64,000 nt of DNA from Amphiscolops sp. MND2022 (Eukaryota): positions 75,890,001 to 75,954,000 of the forward strand of contig OZ076409.1 of the NCBI GenBank assembly GCA_964187785.1. The letters run 5' to 3'. Under the pieces are notes generated by a model that worked only from the letters and a program-made list of their open reading frames with translations, did no database searches and was not told where the DNA came from. Shown piece after piece: positions 21,829 through 37,103 of this stretch. Both the position numbers and the translations under genes were made by a program. How positions within the stretch are numbered: position 1 is the first letter of the stretch; each line of letters starts with the position of its first letter.

Positions 21829-24800
21829 GTGGCCGTGTCTTTTCGACGTGCTTTTGCATTGAGGAGTGGGTAGGGCCCCGCGACGACCTAGAAGAATTGG
21901 ATGCTCACCGAAACGTGCAGAATTCTACGAGATCTCATAGTTTGAGCCATACGATTTTGCTGAAATTTGGCATGTGGCCTGGAATTGGTGAGTAGGTAAA
22001 ACGTGTAGGAGGTGATTTTTCCCAAATTCCACTGTGAGACGAGATATGGGCAAATAACGGTCCCAAAAATGGCAAAAATGCACTTTTTTCAACTTTGTCA
22101 GCCCATATCTCGTTCCCAGGTGCCCGGAGCGGGACGCGTTAAGCTGATTATAAACTCTAGGGTGTTGAGGCTGTACGGGGAAGTCAGGCCCGTTCCGATC
22201 GGACTTGTAGTCTTGGAGAAATAACGGTATTTTTGGGGAACCTTTTCTAACGGTCCAGCTTATCTTTGCCATTTTTTCGAAAATGTACTCGCCTAAAGGC
22301 CTCCCCCTGGCCGAATTTACTCCCAGCAAAACCATTTGGCCCTAAATACGGAGTTTCAGCGTTCCAGCATTCCCGGGCGAAAAGTTGTGGGACTTGGAAA
22401 AATTCAAAAATTTTCAAAAAAATTTTTTTTTCGTTTTCCGGGTCCCCAATGAAGGGGAAACGACCCCCCAACCAGTATTTTGAGTGAATTCATGTGGAAA
22501 GCCCTTGTTTTGACGAGAAAAATACCGTTTAGAACATCTTTTTATCTTGACTCAACGTTGACTTATGACGTTTTGAATGTGATGTAAGGATGTAGGAGGC
22601 ATGTGATAAGTTGATGTTTTGAGTCTTTATCTCATATGAAAGCGGTTGAGATGCAAGCTGTCCTGCTCAAAACGTCTTTCGTTGTAATTTTCCAGTGCAC
22701 CAATACCCTTTGGTGTCATATAAACATACTTTTTGTCGATATATTAACAATTTTAATGTATTTATTCCAATTTTTATTATCTTATAACTCAAAACAGTTG
22801 AGTACATTTCATCTCCCTTTCGGGGGAGATGAGAATGTACTCGCTAAAGACCTAGCGCCATGACCAAAAGTTTGAAACCCACGTTTTTTATCTTCTTACA
22901 GACTTGTTTTTGTATTTTTTCGGAATTTTTTAAAAATTAATATACTTGAAATACATTACTTGACTTTACTACTACAACCCACCTCCAACGACAACGCCCC
23001 CCTGCTTGCATCAACGCCCACCGTCCGTGGGCATGCCGAGGCATGCCCTTCGACGACGTATGCCAAATGCCCAGTGCCACGCAGTCATTATCGCTAGGTG
23101 GCCGTGTCTTTTCGACGTGCTTTTGCATTGAGGAGTGGGTAGGGCCCCGCGACGACCTAGAAGAATTGGATGCTCACCGAAACGTGCAGAATTCTACGAG
23201 ATCTCATAGTTTGAGCCATACGATTTTGCTGAAATTTGGCATGTGGCCTGGAATTGGTGAGTAGGTAAAACGTGTAGAAGGTAATTTTTCCCAAATTCCA
23301 CTGTGAGAGGAGATATGGGCAAATAACGGTCCCAAAAATGGCAAAAATGCACTTTTTTCAACTTTGTCAGCCCATATCTCGTTCCCAGGTGCCCGGAGCG
23401 GGACGCGTTAAGCTGATTATAAACTCTAGGGTGTTGAGGCTGTACGGGGAAGTCAGGCCCGTTCCGATCGGACTTGTAGTCTTGGAGAAATAACGGTATT
23501 TTTGGGGAACCTTTTCTAACGGTCCAGCTTATCTTTGCCATTTTTTCGAAAATGTACTCGCCTAAAGGCCTCCCCCTGGCCGAATTTACTCCCAGCAAAA
23601 CCATTTGGCCCTAAATACGGAGTTTCAGCGTTCCAGCATTCCCGGGCGAAAAGTTGTGGGACTTGGAAAATTTTCAAAAATTTTCAAAAATTTTTTTTTC
23701 GTTTTCCGGGCCCCCAATGAAGGGGAAACGACCCCCCAACCAGTATTTTGAGTGAATTCATGTGGAAAGCCCTTGTTTTGACGAGAAAAATACCGTTTAG
23801 AACATCTTTTTATCTTGACTCAACGTTGACTTATGACGTTTTGAATGTGATGTAAGGATGTAGGAGGCATGTGATAAGTTGATGTTTTGAGTCTTTATCT
23901 CATATGAAAGCGGTTGAGATGCAAGCTGTCCTGCTCAAAACGTCTTTCGTTGTAATTTTCCAGTGCACCAATACCCTTTGGTGTCATATAAACATACTTT
24001 TTGTCGATATATTAACAATTTTAATGTATTTATTCCAATTTTTATTATCTTATAACTCAAAACAGTTGAGTACATTTCATCTCCCTTTCGGGGGAGATGA
24101 GAATGTACTCGCTAAAGACCTAGCGCCATGACCAAAAGTTTGAAACCCACGTTTTTTATCTTCTTACAGACTTGTTTTTGTATTTTTTCGGAATTTTTTA
24201 AAAATTAATATACTTGAAATACATTACTTGACTTTACTACTACAATCCACCTCCAACGTCAACGCCCCCCTGCTTGCATCAACGCCCGCCGTCCGTAGGC
24301 ATGCCGAGGCATGCCTTTCGACGACGTATGCCAAATACCCAATGCCACGCTGTCATTATCGCTAGGTGGCCGTGTCTTTTCGACGTGCTTTTGCATTGAG
24401 GAGTGGGTAGGGCCCCGCGACGACCTAGAAGAATTGGATGCTCACCGAAACGTGCAGAATTCTACGAGATCTCATAGTTTGAGCCATACGATTTTGCTGA
24501 AATTTGGCATGTGGCCTGGAATTGGTGAGTAGGTAAAACGTGTAGGAGGTGATTTTTCCCAAATTCCACTGTGAGACGAGATATGGGCAAATAACGGTCC
24601 CAAAAATGGCAAAAATGCACTTTTTTCAACTTTGTCAGCCCATATCTCGTTCCCAGGTGCCCGGAGCGGGACGCGTTAAGCTGATTATAAACTCTAGGGT
24701 GTTGAGGCTGTACGGTGAACTTGGGCCCGTTCCGATCCGACTTGTAGTCTTGGAGAAATAACGGTATTTTTGGGGAACCTTTTCTAACGGTCCAGCTTAT

Positions 24801-27800
24801 CTTTGCCATTTTTTCGAAAATGTACTCGCCTAAAGGCCTCCCCCTGGCCGAATTTACTCCCAGCAAAACCATTTGGCCCTAAATACGGAGTTTCAGCGTT
24901 CCAGCATTCCCGGGCGAAAAGTTGTGGGACTTGGAAAATTTTCAAAAATTTTCAAAAAATTTTTTTTCGTTTTCCGGGCCCCCAATGAAGGGGAAACGAC
25001 CCCCCAACCAGTATTTTGAGTGAATTCATGTGGAAAGCCCTTGTTTTGACGAGAAAAATACCGTTTAGAACATCTTTTTATCTTGACTCAACGTTGACTT
25101 ATGACGTTTTGAATGTGATGTAAGGATGTAGGAGGCATGTGATAAGTTGATGTTTTGAGTCTTTATCTCATATGAAAGCGGTTGAGATGCAAGCTGTCCT
25201 GCTCAAAACGTCTTTCGTTGTAATTTTCCAGTGCACCAATACCCTTTGGTGTCATATAAACATACTTTTTGTCGATATATTAACAATTTTAATGTATTTA
25301 TTCCAATTTTTATTATCTTATAACTCAAAACAGTTGAGTACATTTCATCTCCCTTTCGGGGGAGATGAGAATGTACTCGCTAAAGACCTAGCGCCATGAC
25401 CAAAAGTTTGAAACCCACGTTTTTTATCTTCTTATAGACTTGTTTTTGTATTTTTTCGGAATTTTTTAAAAATTAATATACTTGAAATACATTACTTGAC
25501 TTTACTACTACAACCCACCTCCAACGACAACGCCCCCCTGCTTGCATCAACGCCCACCGTCCGTGGGCATGCCGAGGCATGCCCTTCGACGACGTATGCC
25601 AAATGCCCAGTGCCACGCAGTCATTATCGCTAGGTGGCCGTGTCTTTTCGACGTGCTTTTGCATTGAGGAGTGGGTAGGGCCCCGCGACGACCTAGAAGA
25701 ATTGGATGCTCACCGAAACGTGCAGAATTCTACGAGATCTCATAGTTTGAGCCATACGATTTTTCTGAAATTTGGCATGTGGCCTGGAATTGGTGAGTAG
25801 GTAAAACGTGTAGAAGGTAATTTTTCCCAAATTCCACTGTGAGAGGAGATATGGGCAAATAACGGACCCAAAAATGGCAAAAATGCACATTTTTCAACTT
25901 TGTCAGCCAATATCTCTTTTCCAGGTGCCCGTAGCGTTCCGCACGTGGACATCAATATTGCTCAGCGCTGTTGGAGGAGTGCGTGGACAAATTTTGGTTT
26001 AAATCGGACTAAAACTTGACGAGAAATTAACGGTTTTTTGGGCGTTTCCGGGGTAAATTTTTTAACGGTCCAGCTTATCTTTGCCATTTTTTCGAAAATG
26101 TACATGCCTAAAGGCCTCCCCCTGGCCGAATTTACTCCCAGCAAACCCATTTGGCCCTAAATACGGAGTTTCAGCGTTCCAGCATTCCGGGGCGGAAAGT
26201 TGTGGGACTTGGAAAAATTTCAAAATTTTTTCAAAAATTTTTTTCCCGTTTTCCGGGCCCCCAATGAAGGGGAACGACCCCCCAACCAGTATTTTGAGTG
26301 AATTCATGTGGAAAGCCCATGTTTGGAGGAGAAAAATGCCGTTTAGCACATCTTTTTATCTTAACTTGACATTGACTTATGACGTTTTGAATGTGATGTT
26401 AGGATATATGAAGCATGTTAAAAGTTGAAGTTTTGAGTCTTTATCTCATCGGAAAACCATTGAGATACAAGCAGTTTTGCTAAAAACGATTTTCATTGTA
26501 GGTTAGCAGAGTATTAGTACACTTTGATGTCATTTGAGTATATTTTTCTTCTATATAATAACTGTTTTTATGTATTTATTCCAATTTATCTCATCTTTTA
26601 ACATCAAGCAGTTGAGTACATTTCATCTCCCTTTCGGGGGAGATGAGAATGTACTCGCTAAAAACCTAATGCTATGGCGCCAATGTTTGGATGGGAAGTT
26701 TTCTATGCTTTGAAAAAAGTTATTTTTAATTACTTGATTTTTTAAAACAATAATTAACATGAAGTACATTACTTGCTCCTACTACTACCACCATACATCT
26801 CTAACGTCAACGCCCCCTGCTTGCATCAACGCCCCATCGTCCGTGGGCATGCCGAGGCATGCCCTTCGACGACGTATGCCAAATGCCCAGTGCCACGCAG
26901 TCTTTTCCCGCTAGGTGGCCGTGTCTTTTCGACGTGCTTTTGCATTGAGGAGTGGGTAGGGCCCCGCGACGACCTAGAAGAATTGGATGCTCACCGAAAC
27001 GTGCAGAATTCTACGAGATCTCATAGTTTGAGCCATACGATTTTTCTGAAATTTGGCATGTGGCCTGGAATTGGTGAGTAGGTAAAACGTGTAGAAGGTA
27101 ATTTTTCCCAAATTCCACTGTGAGAGGAGATATGGGCAAATAACGGACCCAAAAATGGGGAAAATGCACTTTTTTCAAGTTTGTCAGCCAAAATCTCATT
27201 TCCAGGTGCCCGTAGCGTCCCGCACGTGGACGTCAATATTGCTCAACGCTGTTAGAGGAGTGCGTGGACAAATTTTGGTTGAAATCGGACGAAAACGTGA
27301 GGAGAAATTAACGGTTTTCCGGGTGTTTCCGGGTTAAAATTTTTAACGGTCCAGCTTATCTTTGCCATTTTTTCGAAAATGTACTTGCCTAAAGGCCTCC
27401 CCCTGGCCGAATTTCCTCCCAGCAAACCCATTTGGCCCTAAATACGGAGTTTCAGCGTTCCAGCATTTCCGGGCGAAAAGTTGTGGGACTTAGAAAAATT
27501 TCAAAATTTTTCAAAAATTTTTTTTTCGTTTTCCGGGCCCCCAATGAAGGGGAACGACCCCCCAACCAGTATTTTGAGTGATTGCATATCGAAAGCCCTT
27601 GTTTTGACGAGAAAAATACCGTTTCGAACATCTTTTTATTTTAACTTGGCGTTGACTTATGACGTTTTGAATGTGATGTTAGGATGTGTGAGGCATGTGA
27701 AAAGTTGATGTTTTGAGTCTTTATCTCATGTGAAAGCGATTGAGATACAAGCTGTTTCGCTCAAAACGGGTTTCATCGTAATTTCGCAGTGCATCATTGA

Positions 27801-30800
27801 CCTTTGTTGTCTTTTGAAGAATTTTTTCTTCATATAACAACAATTTTGGTGTGTTTCTTCCAATTTTTCTCATCTTCTAATTTGAAACAGTTGAGTACAT
27901 TTCATCTCCCTTTCGGGGGAGATGAGAATGTACTCGCTAAAAACCTAGTGCTTTTGCGCCGCAATGTTTGCAAAAGTTGTTATTATTGCTGTTCCATCAG
28001 CATTTTCTAACTGACTTTTTTAAAACTATCAATTAACTTGAAGTACATTACTTGAACTTACTACTAATACCATACATCTCTAACGACAACGCACCCTGCT
28101 TGCATCAACGCCCACCGTCCGTGGGCATGCCGAGGCATGCCCTTCGACGACGTATGCCAAATACCAAATGCCACGCTGTCATTATCGCTAGGTGGCCGTG
28201 TCTTTTCGACGTGCTTTTGCATTGAGGAGTGGGTAGGGCCCCGCGACGACCTAGAAGAATTGGATGCTCACCGAAACGTGCAGAATTCTACGAGATCTCA
28301 TAGTTTGAGCCATACGATTTTTCTGAAATTTGGCATGTGGCCTGGAATTGGTGAGTAGGTAAAACGTGTAGAAGGTAATTTTTCCCAAATTCCACTGTGA
28401 GACGAGATATGGGCAAATAACGGTCCCAAAAATGGCAAAAATGCACTTTTTTCAACTTTGTCAGCCCATATCTCGTTCCCAGGTGCCCGGAGCGGGACGC
28501 GTTAAGCTGATTATAAACTCTAGGGTGTTGAGGCTGTACGGGGAAGTCAGGCCCGTTCCGATCGGACTTGTAGTCTTGGAGAAATAACGGTATTTTTGGG
28601 GAACCTTTTCTAACGGTCCAGCTTATCTTTGCCATTTTTTCGAAAATGTACTCGCCTAAAGGCCTCCCCCTGGCCGAATTTACTCCCAGCAAAACCATTT
28701 GGCCCTAAATACGGAGTTTCAGCGTTCCAGCATTCCCGGGCGAAAAGTTGTGGGACTTAGAAAATTTCAAAAATTTTCAAAAAAAATTTTTTTTTGTTAT
28801 TTGGGCCCCCAAAGTGGGGGAAAGGACCCCCCAACCATTAATTTGAGTGAATGCATGTGGAAAGCCCTTGTTTTGACGAGAAAAATACCGTTTAGAACAT
28901 CTTTTTATCTTGACTCAACGTTGACTTATGACGTTTTGAATGTGATGTAAGGATGTAGGAGGCATGTGATAAGTTGATGTTTTGAGTCTTTATCTCATAT
29001 GAAAGCGGTTGAGATGCAAGCTGTCCTGCTCAAAACGTCTTTCGTTGTGATTTTCCAGTGCACCAATACCCTTTGATGTCATATAAACATACTTTTTGTC
29101 GATATATTAACAATTTTAATGTATTTATTCCAATTTTTATTATCTTATAACTCAAAACAGTTGAGTACATTTCACCTCCCTTTCGGGGGAGATGAGAATG
29201 TACTCGCTAAAGACCTAGCGCCATGACCAAAAGTTTGAAACCCACGTTTTTTTATCTTCTTACAGACTTGTTTTTGTATTTTTTCGGAATTTTTTAAAAA
29301 TTAATATACTTGAAATACATTACTTGACTTTACTACTACAACCCACCTCCAACGACAACACCCCCCTGCTTGCATCAACGCCCACCGTCCGTGGGCATGC
29401 CGAGGCATGCCCTTCGACGACGTATGCCAAATGCCCAGTGCCACGCAGTCATTATCGCTAGGTGGCCGTGTCTTTTCGACGTGCTTTTGCATTGAGGAGT
29501 GGGTAGGGCCCCGCGACGACCTAGAAGAATTGGATGCTCACCGAAACGTGCAGAATTCTACGAGATCTCATAGTTTGAGCCATACGATTTTGCTGAAATT
29601 TGGCATGTGGCCTGGAATTGGTGAGTAGGTAAAACGTGTAGGAGGTGATTTTTCCCAAATTCCACTGTGAGACGAGATATGGGCAAATAACGGTCCCAAA
29701 AATGGCAAAAATGCACTTTTTTCAACTTTGTCAGCCCATATCTCGTTCCCAGGTGCCCGGAGCGGGACGCGTTAAGCTGATTATAAACTCTAGGGTGTTG
29801 AGGCTGTACGGTGAACTTGGGCCCGTTCCGATCGGACTTGTAGTCTTGGAGAAATAACGGTATTTTTGGGGAACCTTTTCTAACGGTCCAGCTTATCTTT
29901 GCCATTTTTTCGAAAATGTACTCGCCTAAAGGCCTCCCCCTGGCCGAATTTACTCCCAGCAAAACCATTTGGCCCTAAATACGGAGTTTCAGCGTTCCAG
30001 CATTCCCGGGCGAAAAGTTGTGGGACTTGGAAAATTTTCAAAAATTTTCAAAAAATTTTTTTTCGTTTTCCGGGCCCCCAATGAAGGGGAAACGACCCCC
30101 CAACCAGTATTTTGAGTGAATTCATGTGGAAAGCCCTTGTTTTGACGAGAAAAATACCGTTTAGAACATCTTTTTATCTTGACTCAACGTTGACTTATGA
30201 CGTTTTGAATGTGATGTAAGGATGTAGGAGGCATGTGATAAGTTGATGTTTTGAGTCTTTATCTCATATGAAAGCGGTTGAGATGCAAGCTGTCCTGCTC
30301 AAAACGTCTTTCGTTGTAACTTTCCAGTGCACCAATACCCTTTGGTGTCATATAAACATACTTTTTGTCGATATATTAACAATTTTAATGTATTTATTCC
30401 AATTTTTATTATCTTATAACTCAAAACAGTTGAGTACATTTCATCTCCCTTTCGGGGGAGATGAGAATGTACTCGCTAAAGACCCAGCGCCATGACCAAA
30501 AGTTTGAAACCCGCGTTTTTTATCTTCTTACAGACTTGTTTTTGTATTTTTTCGGAATTTTTTAAAAATTCATATACTTGAAATACATTACTTGACTTTA
30601 CTACTACAATCCACCTCCAACGTCAACGCCCCCCTGCTTGCATCAACGCCCACCGTCCGTGGGCATGCCGAGGCATGCCCTTCGACGACGTATGCCAAAT
30701 GCCCAGTGCCACGCAGTCATTATCGCTAGGTGGCCGTGTCTTTTCGACGTGCTTTTGCATCGAGGAGTGGGTAGGGCCCCGCGACGACCTAGAAGAATTG

Positions 30801-33800
30801 GATGCTCACCGAAACGTGCAGAATTCTACGAGATCTCATAGTTTGAGCCATACGATTTTTCTGAAATTTGGCATGTGGCCTGGAATTGGTGAGTAGGTAA
30901 AACGTGTAGGAGGTGATTTTTCCCAAATTCCACTGTGAGACGAGATATGGGCAAATAACGGTCCCAAAAATGGCAAAAATGCACTTTTTTCAAGTTTGTC
31001 AGCCCATATCTCATTTCCAGGTGCCCGGAGCGGGACGCGTTAAGCTGATTATAAACTCTAGGGTGTTGAGGCTGTACGGGGAAGTCAGGCCCGTTCCGAT
31101 CGGACTTGTAGTCTTGGAGAAATAACGGTATTTTTGGGGAACCTTTTCTAACGGTCCAGCTTATCTTTGCCATTTTTTCGAAAATGTACTCGCCTAAAGG
31201 CCTCCCCCTGGCCGAATTTACTCCCAGCAAAACCATTTGGCCCTAAATACGGAGTTTCAGCGTTCCAGCATTCCCGGGCGAAAAGTTGTGAGACTTGGAA
31301 AATTTTCAAAAATTTTCAAAATTTTTTTTTTCGTTTTCCGAGTCCCCAATGAAGGGGAAACGACCCCCCAACCAGTATTTTGAGCGAATTCATGTGGAAA
31401 GCCCTTGTTTTGACGAGAAAAATACCGTTTAGAACATCTTTTTATCTTGACTCAACGTTGACTTATGACGTTTTGAATGTGATGTAAGGATGTAGGAGGC
31501 ATGTGATAAGTTGATGTTTTGAGTCTTTATCTCATATGAAAGCGGTTGAGATGCAAGCTGTCCTGCTCAAAACGTCTTTCGTTGTAATTTTCCAGTGCAC
31601 CAATACCCTTTGGTGTCATATAAACATACTTTTTGTCGATATATTAACAATTTTAATGTATTTATTCCAATTTTTATTATCTTATAACTCAAAACAGTTG
31701 AGTACATTTCATCTCCCTTTCGGGGGAGATGAGAATGTACTCGCTAAAGACCTAGCGCCATGACCAAAAGTTTGAAACCCACGTTTTTTATCTTCTTACA
31801 GACTTGTTTTTGTATTTTTTCGGAATTTTATAAAAATTAATATACTTGAAATACATTACTTGACTTTACTACTACAACCCACCTCCAACGACAACGCCCC
31901 CCTGCTTGCATCAACGCCCACCGTCCGTGGGCATGCCGAGGCATGCCTTTCGACGACGTATGCCAAATGCCCAGTGCCACGCAGTCATTATCGCTAGGTG
32001 GCCGTGTCTTTTCGACGTGCTTTTGCATTGAGGAGTGGGTAGGGCCCCGCGACGACCTAGAAGAATTGGATGCTCACCGAAACGTGCAGAATTCTACGAG
32101 ATCTCATAGTTTGAGCCATACGATTTTTCTGAAATTTGGCATGTGGCCTGGAATTGGTGAGTAGGTAAAACGTGTAGAAGGTAATTTTTCCCAAATTCCA
32201 CTGTGAGAGGAGATATGGGCAAATAACGGACCCAAAAATGGCAAAAATGCACATTTTTCAAGTTTGTCAGCCAATATCTCATTTCCAGGTGCCCGTAGCG
32301 TTCCGCACGTGGACGTCAATATTGCTCAGCGCTGTTAGAAGAGTGCGTGGACAAATTTTGGTTCAAATCGGACTAAAACTTGGCGAGAAATTAACGGTTT
32401 TTTGGGCGTTTCCGGGGTAAATTTTTTAACGGTCCAGCTTATCTTTGCCATTTTTTCGAAAATGTACATGCCTAAAGGCCTCCCCCTGGCCGAATTTACT
32501 CCCAGCAAACCCATTTGGCCCTAAATACGGAGTTTCAGCGTTCCAGCATTCCGGGGCGGAAAGTTGTGGGACTTGGAAAAATTTCAAAATTTTTTCAAAA
32601 ATTTTTTTTCCCGTTTTCCGGGCCCCCAATGAAGGGGAACGACCCCCCAACCAGTATTTTGAGTGAATTCATGTGGAACGCCCATGTTTGGAGGAGAAAA
32701 ATGCCGTTTAGCACATCTTTTTATCTTAACTTGACATTGACTTATGACGTTTTGAATGTGATGTTAGGATATATGAAGCATGTTAAAAGTTGAAGTTTTG
32801 AGTCTTTATCTCATCGGAAAACCATTGAGATACAAGCAGTTTTGCTAAAAACGATTTTCATTGTAGGTTAGCAGAGTATTAGTACACTTTGATGTCATTT
32901 GAGTATTTTTTTCTTCTATATAATAACTGTTTTTATGTATTTATTCCAATTTATCTCATCTTTTAACATCAAGCAGTTGAGTACATTTCATCTCCCTTTC
33001 GGGGGAGATGAGAATGTACTCGCTAAAAACCTAATGCTATGGCGCCAATGTTTGGATGGGAAGTTTTCTATGCTTTGAAAAAAGTTATTTTTAATTACTT
33101 GATTTTGTAAAACAATAATTAACATGAAGTACATTACTTGCTCCTACTACTACCACCATACATCTCTAACGTCAACGCCCCCTGCTTGCATCAACGCCCC
33201 ATCGTCCGTGGGCATGCCGAGGCATGCCCTTCGACGACGTATGCCAAATGCCCAGTGCCACGCAGTCTTTCCCCGCTAGGTGGCCGTGTCTTTTCGACGT
33301 GCTTTTGCATTGAGGAGTGGGTAGGGCCCCGCGACGACCTAGAAGAATTGGATGCTCACCGAAACGTGCAGAATTCTACGAGATCTCATAGTTTGAGCCA
33401 TACGATTTTTCTGAAATTTGGCATGTGGCCTGGAATTGGTGAGTAGGTAAAACGTGTAGGAGGTGATTTTTCCCAAATTCCACTGTGAGACGAGATATGG
33501 GCAAATAACGGTCCCAAAAATGGCAAAAATGCACTTTTTTCAACTTTGTCAGCCCATATCTCGTTCCCAGGTGCCCGGAGCGGGACGCGTTAAGCTGATT
33601 ATAAACTCTAGGGTGTTGAGGCTGTACGGGGAAGTCAGGCCCGTTCCGATCGGACTTGTAGTCTTGGAGAAATAACGGTATTTTTGGGGAACCTTTTCTA
33701 ACGGTCCAGCTTATCTTTGCCATTTTTTCGAAAATGTACTCGCCTAAAGGCCTCCCCCTGGCCGAATTTACTCCCAGCAAAACCATTTGGCCCTAAATAC

Positions 33801-35815
33801 GGAGTTTCAGCGTTCCAGCATTCCCGGGCGAAAAGTTGTGGGACTTGGAAAATTTTCAAAAATTTTCAAAATTTTTTTTTCGTTTTCCGGGCCCCCAATG
33901 AAGGGGAAACGACCCCCCAACCAGTATTTTGAGTGAATTCATGTGGAAAGCCCTTGTTTTGACGAGAAAAATACCGTTTAGAACATCTTTTTATCTTGAC
34001 TCAACGTTGACTTATGACGTTTTGAATGTGATGTAAGGATGTAGGAGGCATGTGATAAGTTGATGTTTTGAGTCTTTATCTCATATGAAAGCGGTTGAGA
34101 TGCAAGCTGTCCTGCTCAAAACGTCTTTCGTTGTAATTTTCCAGTGCACCAATACCCTTTGGTGTCATATAAACATACTTTTTGTCGATATATTAACAAT
34201 TTTAATGTATTTATTCCAATTTTTATTATCTTATAACTCAAAACAGTTGAGTACATTTCATCTCCCTTTGGGGGGAGATGAGAATGTACTCGCTAAAGAC
34301 CTAGCGCCATGACCAAAAGTTTGAAACCCACGTTTTTTATCTTCTTACAGACTTGTTTTTGTATTTTTTCGGAATTTTTTAAAAATTAATATACTTGAAA
34401 TACATTACTTGACTTTACTACTACAACCCACCTCCAACGACAACGCCCCCCTGCTTGCATCAACGCCCACCGTCCGTGGGCATGCCGAGGCATGCCCTTC
34501 GACGACGTATGCCAAATGCCCAGTGCCACGCAGTCATTATCGCTAGGTGGCCGTGTCTTTTCGACGTGCTTTTGCATCGAGGAGTGGGTAGGGCCCCGCG
34601 ACGACCTAGAAGAATTGGATGCTCACCGAAACGTGCAGAATTCTACGAGATCTCATAGTTTGAGCCATACGATTTTGCTGAAATTTGGCATGTGGCCTGG
34701 AATTGGTGAGTAGGTAAAACGTGTAGAAGGTAATTTTTCCCAAATTTCACTGTGAGACGAGATATGGGCAAATAACGGTCCCAAAAATGGCAAAAATGCA
34801 CTTTTTTCAAGTTTGTCAGCCCATATCTCGTTCCCAGGTGCCCGGAGCGGGACGCGTTAAGCTGATTATAAACTCTAGGGTGTTGAGGCTGTACGGGGAA
34901 GTCAGGCCCGTTCCGATCGGACTTGTAGTCTTGGAGAAATAACGGTATTTTTGGGGAACCTTTTCTAACGGTCCAGCTTATCTTTGCCATTTTTTCGAAA
35001 ATGTACTCGCCTAAAGGCCTTCCCCTGGCCGAATTTACTCCCAGCAAAACCATTTGGCCCTAAATACGGAGTTTCAGCGTTCCAGCATTCCCGGGCGAAA
35101 AGCTGTGGGACTTGGAAAATTTTCAAAAATTTTCAAAAAATTTTTTTTTCGTTTTCCGGGCCCCCAATGAAGGGGAAACGACCCCCCAACCAGTATTTTG
35201 AGTGAATTCATGTGGAAAGCCCTTGTTTTGACGAGAAAAATACCGTTTAGAACATCTTTTTATCTTGAGTCAACGTTGACTTATGACGTTTTGAATGTGA
35301 TGTAAGGATGTAGGAGGCATGTGATAAGTTGATGTTTTGAGTCTTTATCTCATATGAAAGCGGTTGAGATGCAAGCTGTCCTGCTCAAAACGTCTTTCGT
35401 TGTAATTTTCCAGTGCACCAATACCCTTTGGTGTCATATAAACATACTTTTCGTCGATATATTAACAATTTTAATGTATTTATTCCCATTTTTATTATCT
35501 TATAACTCAAAACAGTTGAGTACATTTCATCTCCCTTTCGGGGGAGATGAGAATGTACTCGCTAAAGACCTAGCGCCATGACCAAAAGTTTGAAACCCAC
35601 GTTTTTTATCTTCTTACAGACTTGTTTTTGTATTTTTTCGGAATTTTTTAAAAATTAATATACTTGAAATACATTACTTGACTTTACTACTACAATCCAC
35701 CTCCAACGTCAACGCCCCCCTGCTTGCATCAACGCCCACCGTCCGTGGGCATGCCGAGGCATGCCCTTCGACGACGTATGCCAAATGCCCAGTGCCACGC
35801 AGTCATTATCGCTAG
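21829..35815 (+). repeat. Uninterrupted run of 11 subfamily-A units (including A2 and A3 variants)
   Basis: All start GTGGCCGTGTC; A2 variants at 25634-26914 and 31998-33279; A3 at 26915-28191. Confidence 0.9.
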
Positions 35816-37103
35816 GTGCCCGGATTTCTATTCATTAAAGTATGTTGCGCGTGTGGGTAGGGCCCCGTGGCGCGCTCTTGTGTCCCTGTTCTAAAATCTA
35901 TAATTTCCGGCAGCATTCTGAGCGATTTTCTAAACTATCCATACGATTCGGCTGAAATTTGGCACACGTACCCCCCTCGGCACGGTGAAGATGATTTCCT
36001 ACTGACGTTTTTCCCGCAAAATTTTTTTTGTTGTCCAAAATAACGGTTTTTGGGGTAAAATTTTGAACTTTTTTTAAATTTCATCTTATATCTCGCCACG
36101 GGTTTACGCTAGCGCTTCAAAACCCTGCTAAAGAAAGCTTGCAAACTGTCTCAGGAATGCGGTGTGAAATTTTCAGCTCAATCGGACTCAAACTCAGGGA
36201 GATATAGCGTTTTTCCGGAGCGGGGGGGTTTCATCTTTCTAACGGTCCAGCTTATCTTTGCCATTTTTTCGGAAATGCACTCGCCTAAAGGCCTCCCCTG
36301 GCCGGTTTTATTCCCAGGAAAACCATTTGGCCCTAAATACGGAGTTTCAGCGTTCCAGCATTCCCGGGCGAAAAGTTGTGGGACTTAGAAAAGTTCAAAA
36401 GTTTTCAAAAAAATTTTTTTCCGTTTTCCGCCCTCCCCCCCTAGGGGAAAAGACCCCCCAACCAGTAATTTGAGTGAATTCATGTGGAAAGGCCATGTTT
36501 AGAGGAGAAAAATACCGTTTAGATCGTCTTTTTATCTTTATTCGACGTTGACTTATGACGTTTTGAAGGTGATATTTGGAGGTGTGAAGCACGTGAAAAG
36601 TAAACGTTATGAGTATTTATCTGATCTGAAAGCCATTGAGATGCAACCTGTTTTGCTCAAAACGTAATTCATATCAGTTTGGTAGTCAATCAACACCCTT
36701 TGTTGTCATTTGACATCTTTTTTTGTTGATATAAGAAAAAATTTTGTGTATTTATTCATTTTTTTCTCATCAAATAACTTGAAACAGTTGAGTACATTCC
36801 ATCCCCCTTCACGGGGGAGATGAGAATGTACTCGCAAAAAGCCCCGAACTACGGCCCTTACCTTCCTGAGCTACGCAGTATAAAGATTGCATATTGGTTC
36901 CGACATTTTGATAGAGTTATATCTTGGTAATCTGTCTGGGTATGCAGAAAAACCAGCACGTGCTTTTTTATACCAAGTTGCTCACAACGACATTTATTTT
37001 ATATCAACGCCCCCATATTTATCAACGCCCCCCGTCCGTGGGCATGCCGAGGCATGCCCTTCGACGACGTATACCAAGATATACCCCAAGCGCGTTAGCC
37101 TAG
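35816..37103 (+). mobile_element. Non-autonomous unit, subfamily G (starts GTGCCCGGATTTCTATTCATTAAAG)
   Basis: Second copy at 49298-50586; B-like body. Confidence 0.75.
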
